Assembly: GCA_963802255.1 (NCBI GenBank)
Contig: CAWDHY010000001.1
Location: forward strand, 491,842-555,841
Length of the DNA: 64,000 bases
Direction of reading: 5' to 3'
Origin: Candidatus Magasanikiibacteriota bacterium
GTDB taxonomy: Bacteria; Patescibacteriota; Patescibacteriia; Magasanikbacterales; GWA2-37-8
Every line of letters starts with the position of its first letter. The first letter of the stretch is position 1. Made by a program: the position numbers and the translations under genes. The notes below the pieces were generated by a model. The model worked only from the letters and a program-made list of their open reading frames with translations, did no database searches and had not been told where the DNA came from. Shown one piece after another: positions 57,775 to 64,000 of this stretch.

Positions 57775-58380
57775 TCATACAATTTCCAATCCGCCCAAGT
57801 CCTCAATCTTAATCTCTGTATACAATTTATTTTTTACCAGCGCGGGAACTCCGTTATGTTCTATCACGTAATAAGCAAACCCTCTCATCTGTTTTACCAA
57901 TTCATAATCAGCGTGCCCTGGCAAACTAACCGGGTCGCGCTCTTCAAAATCAACCGGGCTATCATCAGCGGTAACTAAGTAGGTTGTGCCAATATTTGCA
58001 ACTAGGTGCCCAAAACCGGTGGGCATGTAGACGCTATCCCCTTGCTTCACTTTGATTGCTTTAAACTCATCAACAACATCCGCTATCGGGCTCCCCTTTT
58101 CATCAATAGCCAATTTTTGCGTTATCACCACTCCCTCTCCGAATAAAATCCAATATGTTTCATCAAGATCCCCGACATGATAATGGCCATAAGTTTTTAC
58201 ATATTCGCCACCTATTGTTCCGGGTTCCCAAATTGTAATATTCTTCTGCTCTTTTCCACCCCGAATCATATAGTAGTGGACATCTGGAGCGCTAACACCT
58301 GAATCCATTAGCACCTCCTTCATTTTTTCATTTGTTCTGGCCGCGTAATGCTTACCTACATTTCTAAAATCAATATTCAT
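57775..58380 (-). CDS. cupin-type glucose-6-phosphate isomerase (archaeal cPGI-like)
   Basis: Cupin motif 1 'TYGHYHVGDLDETYWILFGEG' and motif 2 'PTGFGHLVANIG' match the Pyrococcus cPGI pattern ('TKGHFHAKLDRAEVYVALKGKG', 'PPYWAHRTVNIG'). About 200 aa. Confidence 0.5.
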   Translation of the reverse strand: MNIDFRNVGKHYAARTNEKMKEVLMDSGVSAPDVHYYMIRGGKEQKNITIWEPGTIGGEYVKTYGHYHVGDLDETYWILFGEGVVITQKLAIDEKGSPIADVVDEFKAIKVKQGDSVYMPTGFGHLVANIGTTYLVTADDSPVDFEERDPVSLPGHADYELVKQMRGFAYYVIEHNGVPALVKNKLYTEIKIEDLGGLEIV

Positions 58381-58401
58381 AAAATTATATTAAAAAAATA
58401 T

Positions 58402-59262
58402 TTAAGTTGATAACGCTTCCTGTAAAAATTCTTCTAACGCATCTCGCCACGGTCTCTGCGGCTTTGTTTTAGATGTTAAAAGGGTTGAATCCGCCGGGCG
58501 TTTTGCCGGATTATTTAATTCCGACGAGGAAATGGGAATTAATTTAGGCATTTTTCTCGTTAATTTGAATATCTCTTCCGCCCATTCAAACCAACTGCAT
58601 GAACCGGAGTTTGCGCCATGATATATTCCTGAATCGGCATTATTTTTTATTAACGCCAATGTATATTCCGCTAAATCCGGAGCGTAGGTAATACTTCCAC
58701 GCTCATCGTTTACCACTCTTATTTCCGGTAAATTACTTTTTTCCAGCATTATTTCAACAAAACTTTTTTTACTTTCACCGCTTCCTCGCTTCCCAAAAAT
58801 TCTCGCCGGACGAATAATATGGTATTTCCCCCCTACTTCTTGAATATTTTTTTCTCCCAGATATTTTGATCTTCCATAGACGCTCAGCGGGTTCGGCGTA
58901 TCTCCTTCCAAATAACCGCCTTTTTTTGTTCCATCAAAAACATAATCTGTTGAATAATTAACAAAAAAAGAGCCCATCTCTTTTGCTGTCTCAGCCAAAA
59001 TTTTGGGCGCGTTTGAATTGACCGCATAGGCTAAAACGCTTTCATGCTCATCCATTTCCGCTAAATCTACTTTATTATAACCGGAAGCATTTATTAATAT
59101 TGCGGGATTTAAAACAAAAATTTTTTCTGAAAAATTGTTTTGCGACAAATCGAGATTCTCTTTATCCCATGCGACAACATCAAAATCGTTATCAGAAAAT
59201 ATTCTGACTAATTCCTGACCGAGCATGCCTTTTGATCCGAGAATCAAAACCTTTTCCTGCAT
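58402..59262 (-). CDS. rfbD: dTDP-4-dehydrorhamnose reductase
   Basis: Rossmann 'VLILGSKGMLGQEL' and 'YxxxK'-type SDR active site. The start was set at 'MQEKVLILG' because the ORF-track start overlaps the upstream gene. Confidence 0.7.
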   Translation of the reverse strand: MQEKVLILGSKGMLGQELVRIFSDNDFDVVAWDKENLDLSQNNFSEKIFVLNPAILINASGYNKVDLAEMDEHESVLAYAVNSNAPKILAETAKEMGSFFVNYSTDYVFDGTKKGGYLEGDTPNPLSVYGRSKYLGEKNIQEVGGKYHIIRPARIFGKRGSGESKKSFVEIMLEKSNLPEIRVVNDERGSITYAPDLAEYTLALIKNNADSGIYHGANSGSCSWFEWAEEIFKLTRKMPKLIPISSSELNNPAKRPADSTLLTSKTKPQRPWRDALEEFLQEALST

Positions 59263-59266
59263 AAAA

Positions 59267-59671
59267 TTATACTGCAATAACTTTTCTATACTCTTCGTAA
59301 TCTTCAATATAGTCGCTTCTATCCTCACTATAATTTGTTGAAGATATTGCGAGAAGCACTGCATCTTCGCTAAAATCCTTAAATCCATGCCAAACATAAT
59401 TTCCAACATAAAAAGCGTCCCCAGGTCCTGCAAACGGTATTTCTTCTTTTCCGTTCCCACGGTCTATAATTGCGGTGGATGTGCCCTTAATCATAACAAA
59501 TAATTCCTTCTCCTCTTTGTGACAATGCTGTCCGGTAGCCGATTTACAATCCTGAATAAAATAGATACGTTTAACATCGAAGTCAATATAATCCTTCAAC
59601 TCCGCGATGCTATATGTAGCTTTCTCATTTACTACTACTTTCAGAACTAATTTCTTATAATCTAATTGCAT
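59267..59671 (-). CDS. cupin sugar isomerase/epimerase (FdtA/WxcM-like 3,4-ketoisomerase or short RmlC-like)
   Basis: 134 aa. 'ATGQHCHKEEKELFVMIKGTSTAIIDRG' His-containing cupin core. Sits between rfbB and rfbD. Confidence 0.45.
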   Translation of the reverse strand: MQLDYKKLVLKVVVNEKATYSIAELKDYIDFDVKRIYFIQDCKSATGQHCHKEEKELFVMIKGTSTAIIDRGNGKEEIPFAGPGDAFYVGNYVWHGFKDFSEDAVLLAISSTNYSEDRSDYIEDYEEYRKVIAV

Positions 59672-59701
59672 AAAATATTTTTTTCAATTTTACAAAATAA
59701 T

Positions 59702-60793
59702 TTAAACAGCTTCTTCGCCTGAAGCAATTTTTTCGTCGTGTAATTTTTCACGCTTTGTTCTCGTGGGGGCGTGATTTATCTGGTAGGCATCGTCATGCAT
59801 GGACCATAGATTCTCCACCCAATCACGGTGTGTTAAATACCAATTAATTGTCTCCGACATCCCAATTTCAAATTGACCGCGGTCATACACCGGCTTCCAG
59901 CCCAATGACATTAATTTCGACGCATCAATAGCATAGCGCAAATCATTTCCCGGACGGTCTTCAACAAACTCAATCATACTCTCCGGCTTATTCATCAATG
60001 ACAATATCATTTTTGAAACTTCCAAATTATTACGCTCATTGTCTACGCCAACATTATAGATTTCACCGGCTTTTCCATCGTGCAGCATTAAATCAAGGGC
60101 GGCGCAGTGGTCAGTAACATATATCCAGTCACGCACATTAACACCTGAACCATGAATTAATATCGGCTTATTTTTCAATAACCGGAATATTGAGGAAGGT
60201 ATCAGTTTTTCCGGATACTGATAAGGGCCATAATTATTTGAACAATGCGTCACCACAACCGGTATCTTATGCGTTACGAAATACGACCGGCAAACCATAT
60301 CGCCGCCCGCTTTTGCCGCGGCATAGGGCATGTTCGGCTCAATCGGGGTTGATTCGGTGAAACGACGCTCATCATCGAGCGCAAGCGTGCCATAAACCTC
60401 ATCGGTTGAAACATTAACAAATTTTTGCAGACCAAAATAACGCACCAGATTACAAAGCATCAGTACGCCATAAGTGTTTGTCATGACAAAATCAGAACAA
60501 TCTCCAAAAATGGAGCGGTCGACATGTGTTTCAGCGGCAAAATTGATTACGTGGCTAATTTTATATTTTTCGACAACTTCAGCCAAAAGTTTATAATCAC
60601 AAATATCGCCCTTGATAAATGTATAGCGACTTGAATATTCCAATTTTTCCTCAACATCTTTAAGGTTGTCGAGGTTACCGGCATAGGTCAGCTTATCATA
60701 ATTCACCACCTCATAATGAGGATGCTTCTTCAGAATATAGTGAATAAAATTTGAGCCTATAAACCCTGCACCGCCGCAAACTAATATCTTCAT
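59702..60793 (-). CDS. rfbB: dTDP-glucose 4,6-dehydratase
   Basis: 'MKILVCGGAGFIGSNFIHYIL', 'YAAAKAGGDMVCRSY' (YxxxK). Extended SDR. Confidence 0.85.
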   Translation of the reverse strand: MKILVCGGAGFIGSNFIHYILKKHPHYEVVNYDKLTYAGNLDNLKDVEEKLEYSSRYTFIKGDICDYKLLAEVVEKYKISHVINFAAETHVDRSIFGDCSDFVMTNTYGVLMLCNLVRYFGLQKFVNVSTDEVYGTLALDDERRFTESTPIEPNMPYAAAKAGGDMVCRSYFVTHKIPVVVTHCSNNYGPYQYPEKLIPSSIFRLLKNKPILIHGSGVNVRDWIYVTDHCAALDLMLHDGKAGEIYNVGVDNERNNLEVSKMILSLMNKPESMIEFVEDRPGNDLRYAIDASKLMSLGWKPVYDRGQFEIGMSETINWYLTHRDWVENLWSMHDDAYQINHAPTRTKREKLHDEKIASGEEAV

Positions 60794-60815
60794 AAGCAAA
60801 TGTTTCATTCTGGTG

Positions 60816-61910
60816 CTACCACCAGACTAATATTTTAAGTAAATACCAATAAATTGTAAAGATTGTGTTTACTCCCGCGCGGATTATTACCGGCAAACGT
60901 AAGTCCGCTGTACCCACTCTAACTGCGGCGCCTGATAAAATTTTACGGTCAGAAATAGTTCTTTGCTTCTGTATAATTTTTCTATCAGCCAGCCAAATTT
61001 TCCAATTGGCGGGTCTCAGCCAGTAGCTATAAACCTTCATCAGTTCGGAAAACCATCCGTTTGCGATTGCCAAGAGTATCAACCCGGCATTATACAAAAT
61101 TTCCAACGGAAAAAGTATTAACAGAGTCGGCCATTTATAAAATAATAATTTTAAAGCATGGCGGTTTCTTTCAATCCAGAAAAATTTGTTCGGTTTATTC
61201 AAGAACTCATACTGATGATAAAATACAGCTCTGCCCGCCAAACCAATTTTATAACCGCGGCTTTTCAGGCGCAGAGAATACTCGGTGTCTTCGTGATAAA
61301 GAAAAAATTTATCGCTCCAATAGCCGGCTTTTTCAAGAAGGTCAGTTCGTAAAAAAGCGGCCGCTCCGCTGACATAACCAGTTTCAGAAAAATCCGGATA
61401 AATATCCTTTGCCGCCTCGCGATAATTGGAACAAAATCCGATGCCTAAATAATGAAATTCATTGCCTGAAGAATTAACAAGATGTTTTTCCGGATAAAGA
61501 AGTATTAACGGTTGGCATTCGCCAATTTCCTTATCTTTTTCCATCACTACTACCATCTCGCTTATGGCAGAATTTTTTAAATTGCCGTCGGCATTGTGTA
61601 AAAATATATATTGAGCGCCGTGTTCGGCCGCATAACGTGAGCCGAAATTATTACCCGCCGAAAAACCGATGTTTTCCCCCGGTTCAAGAATAACCGTTTC
61701 AGGTAAAAACTGACGCCTATTATTAACCTCAAAATTAATATAATCCAATTGCGATTCCTCACCCGAACGCGGACCATTATACACAATTATAAGCATTAAA
61801 TTTGTTTTTTGGTATGTCTGCTGAGTGATTGCTTCCAACGCCATGACCAAATATTTTTTCGGTTCATCAGCCCAGCACAAATAGACGATTGCCGTTTTAG
61901 GGCTATTCAT
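60816..61910 (-). CDS. family 2 glycosyltransferase with C-terminal membrane region
   Basis: GT-A core with 'FSAGNNFG', 'LHNADG', 'YHEDTEYSLR' (DxD/ED motifs). Two C-terminal TM helices. Confidence 0.65.
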   Translation of the reverse strand: MNSPKTAIVYLCWADEPKKYLVMALEAITQQTYQKTNLMLIIVYNGPRSGEESQLDYINFEVNNRRQFLPETVILEPGENIGFSAGNNFGSRYAAEHGAQYIFLHNADGNLKNSAISEMVVVMEKDKEIGECQPLILLYPEKHLVNSSGNEFHYLGIGFCSNYREAAKDIYPDFSETGYVSGAAAFLRTDLLEKAGYWSDKFFLYHEDTEYSLRLKSRGYKIGLAGRAVFYHQYEFLNKPNKFFWIERNRHALKLLFYKWPTLLILFPLEILYNAGLILLAIANGWFSELMKVYSYWLRPANWKIWLADRKIIQKQRTISDRKILSGAAVRVGTADLRLPVIIRAGVNTIFTIYWYLLKILVWW

Positions 61911-62737
61911 AATTCGTGCGGATAATAACGGCGGTTATTCCGCCATTTAAAAAAATACTTCAGCCAGCTGATAATGTGAACGCGGGTAAATGGATTCGTA
62001 ATAAGTGCGCGCAATACACCGGGCACTTTTGCCGAAGCGCGTCCATGAGTATGCCTCAAATATATGTCGTGTACATAATAAACCGCCCATCCGGCTTCCC
62101 AGAGACGACGGCATAAATCACTATCTTCGGCATACATAAAATATCGTTCATCAAAACCTCCGACCTGTTCATATGCTTCTCTGCGAAAAAACATGGCCGA
62201 ACCCATAACCCAGTCAACCGGCATGGTACGATTGTGATCAAAATCCTTCATTAAGTATCTGCTTGTAGATTTTTTTCCGGTCTCCGTCTGACCGATGCTT
62301 GTTCTCGAAAAAACCGGCTGAAAAAAAGACGGAAAACGATAACAAGAGAATTGAAGGGATCCATCCGGATAAAATATTTTCGGTCCTGCCATTCCGATTT
62401 TTGGATTTTCATCCATAAATCTTTTCATACGCGACAAAAAATTCTGGCCGGAAGGAAATTCAGTATCCGGATTTAACATAAAATAATACTTCGCCTGTAT
62501 GGCTTCAAAGGCGCGGTTGTGCGAATAACCGAAGCCCATATTATTTTCTTGTTTTATCACTTTGAGATTGGTATATTTTTTTTCCAGATCCTCGACATTT
62601 TCACCGGACGCGTTGTCTATAATAACAACACCAAAATTCAGTTCGGAACCGACTGAATCGCCATAAAGCGTATCAAGAGATTTTTCTATCTCCGCTCGTT
62701 CTTTCGTATTTACCATTGTTACACAAATATCAAACAT
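61907..62737 (-). CDS. family 2 glycosyltransferase
   Basis: 'VVIIDNASGENV' and 'MYAEDSDLCRR' are typical GT2 motifs. Confidence 0.7.
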   Translation of the reverse strand: MFDICVTMVNTKERAEIEKSLDTLYGDSVGSELNFGVVIIDNASGENVEDLEKKYTNLKVIKQENNMGFGYSHNRAFEAIQAKYYFMLNPDTEFPSGQNFLSRMKRFMDENPKIGMAGPKIFYPDGSLQFSCYRFPSFFQPVFSRTSIGQTETGKKSTSRYLMKDFDHNRTMPVDWVMGSAMFFRREAYEQVGGFDERYFMYAEDSDLCRRLWEAGWAVYYVHDIYLRHTHGRASAKVPGVLRALITNPFTRVHIISWLKYFFKWRNNRRYYPHEL

Positions 62738-62743
62738 ACGGCA

Positions 62744-63868
62744 CTAAAGCCACCAACGCCTTAAACCTTTCCAGTAAAGACGTCTTGATTTAATTATCGA
62801 TTTTCTGGCCTCACGGGTGTATTTGCGAGATTTGACAATCTCCGCCAATCCTTTGAATACAACTTTCGGATCTGAAAATAATAAATAAAAAAACTTCTTC
62901 ATCTCATACCAAAAAATAAACGGAAAATCGATCAAAAAATTCTGCCAGCACTCATTTTTATATAACGTCCTTAAATGATTTTTATAAGAATGATATCTGA
63001 CAAAAAACGACTGACCGGCCTTATTCTTTAAAGCTGACCAATCACTCATTTTTTTCGGCCCGGCTCCCGTGCGGTCATGATAAACGGCTGTATCCAGAAT
63101 TACATAGGAAACATACCCGGCGTTGCGCAATCTATAAGCCAAGTCAAGATCTTCTTTATACGAATGATAAGTCGGATCAAATATATTGCCGCCCGGCAAT
63201 AAAACAGCGTCTATAACGCTTTTTCGGTAGACGGAAAACGCACCGGAAACGCCGAATACTTCAAGGGCGGTTTTGTCGAATATTTTTTGCACATCAAGAG
63301 AAGAACTGTCTTTAGCCCATTCCTGGCGAGTAAGCCATTCCACGGCTCGCCTGTTGCGGAATAGCCGGATGCCAACCGCGTCAATCTGTGATGTTAGTCC
63401 GTTTTGAATTGCCAATGTAATATCAGCGCCGTCCTGTGAACCGGCATTGGAACGCTCAAAATCCCATCGCATCAGTCGCGGCGCGACCGCGGCAGTATTT
63501 TCATGCGCATCCAAAAAAAATACTGATTTTTCCAAAACATCCGGCATCAGATATGTATCCACATTCAATAAAACAAAATAAGGCGTGTGGGTCTCCCGGT
63601 AAGCCTGATTATGCCCGGACGCAAAACCAAGGTTCTCATTATTCCATAAAAAACGAGCTTCAATCCCCGACCCTTCCAGTGCGCTTTTAATCAAATCCGA
63701 AGTATTATCTGTTGACGCATTGTCGACAATTATCAACTCGAAATCTTTAAACGTTTGATTTCTTAATGAAGCTAATAAATATGGAATATAACGCGCGCCA
63801 TTATGAACGACTAAATTGACGCTTAACTTATGCATAACATTATTTATTAATAACGAAAGTAATGGCAA
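62744..63868 (-). CDS. family 2 glycosyltransferase
   Basis: 'LIIVDNASTDNT' and 'SYKEDLDLAYR'. Confidence 0.7.
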   Translation of the reverse strand: MPLLSLLINNVMHKLSVNLVVHNGARYIPYLLASLRNQTFKDFELIIVDNASTDNTSDLIKSALEGSGIEARFLWNNENLGFASGHNQAYRETHTPYFVLLNVDTYLMPDVLEKSVFFLDAHENTAAVAPRLMRWDFERSNAGSQDGADITLAIQNGLTSQIDAVGIRLFRNRRAVEWLTRQEWAKDSSSLDVQKIFDKTALEVFGVSGAFSVYRKSVIDAVLLPGGNIFDPTYHSYKEDLDLAYRLRNAGYVSYVILDTAVYHDRTGAGPKKMSDWSALKNKAGQSFFVRYHSYKNHLRTLYKNECWQNFLIDFPFIFWYEMKKFFYLLFSDPKVVFKGLAEIVKSRKYTREARKSIIKSRRLYWKGLRRWWL

Positions 63869-63872
63869 TGGC

Positions 63873-64000
63873 TACCGGCCGAAAGATGGCAATCCAGATC
63901 CACTTATACCACGGTTCCCATTTCATAAAATATTGCAGCATGCTTTTGGTAAAATTTTTCTGCTTCCACAGCACCGGCATTTTTTTAAAACTTTGACCGA
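63873..64000 (-). CDS. C-terminal fragment of a membrane protein (runs off window end)
   Basis: Reverse frame '...MPVLWKQKNFTKSMLQYFMKWEPWYKWIWIAIFRPVAIAITFVINK*', stop 4 nt before the next ATG. Confidence 0.35.

Overview
The window is an AT-rich, densely packed bacterial chromosome segment, mostly coded on the minus strand. The gene inventory, weak Shine-Dalgarno sequences and large secreted proteins point to a small-genome, CPR/Patescibacteria-like organism, but that is an inference from content only.

Ordinary content:
- A complete F-type ATP synthase operon (atpI-like, atpB, E, F, H, A, G, D, C).
- tatD, cvpA, metG, rsmI.
- An isc cluster (iscR, nifS/iscS, nifU-like, ferredoxin) next to thiI and proS.
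- uppP, ftsEX, a parvulin-type PPIase, an FtsB-like protein, murG, rpoD, dnaG.
- A MacAB-like efflux set (HlyD adaptor, ATPase, two permeases).
- cca, pilT.
- A dTDP-sugar and GT2 glycosyltransferase cluster (rfbB, rfbD, a cupin sugar isomerase, three GT2 genes).
- Seven tRNA genes: Asn, Gln, Thr, Gly, Lys and two Pro.

Non-routine observations:
1. A roughly 190-210 bp GC-rich structured element sits immediately after the terminators of three different tRNA loci (Asn, Lys, Pro/Pro). Its stems covary between copies, and each copy ends in a duplicate of the 3' end of its own upstream tRNA plus a terminator. The copy after the Pro tRNAs is followed by a clearly foreign, roughly 0.9 kb GC-rich insert carrying an HD-domain gene with a perfect Shine-Dalgarno.
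2. tRNA-Asn(GUU) is interrupted in its anticodon loop by a roughly 600-nt group I intron. The P, Q, R and S core elements are recognisable, and the intron carries an HNH homing-endonuclease ORF.
3. A cell-surface gene cluster resembles Gram-positive WxL/csc clusters: two paralogous WxL-like secreted proteins, a DUF916-like protein whose C-terminal membrane anchor is cut off by a frameshift, and a protein with dockerin-like repeats. Next to it is a very large protein of Ig-like repeats ending in an FN3 domain.
4. A Memo-like/CapA-like fusion lipoprotein.
5. A 46-aa metallothionein-like Cys-rich ORF missed by the ORF track.
6. A self-contained promoter, 37-aa highly basic ORF and terminator unit.
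7. A frameshifted MiaB/MtaB-family gene.
8. An RpoD whose region 1.1 is replaced by a Lys-rich, histone-H1-like N-terminus.

No CRISPR array and no rRNA were seen.
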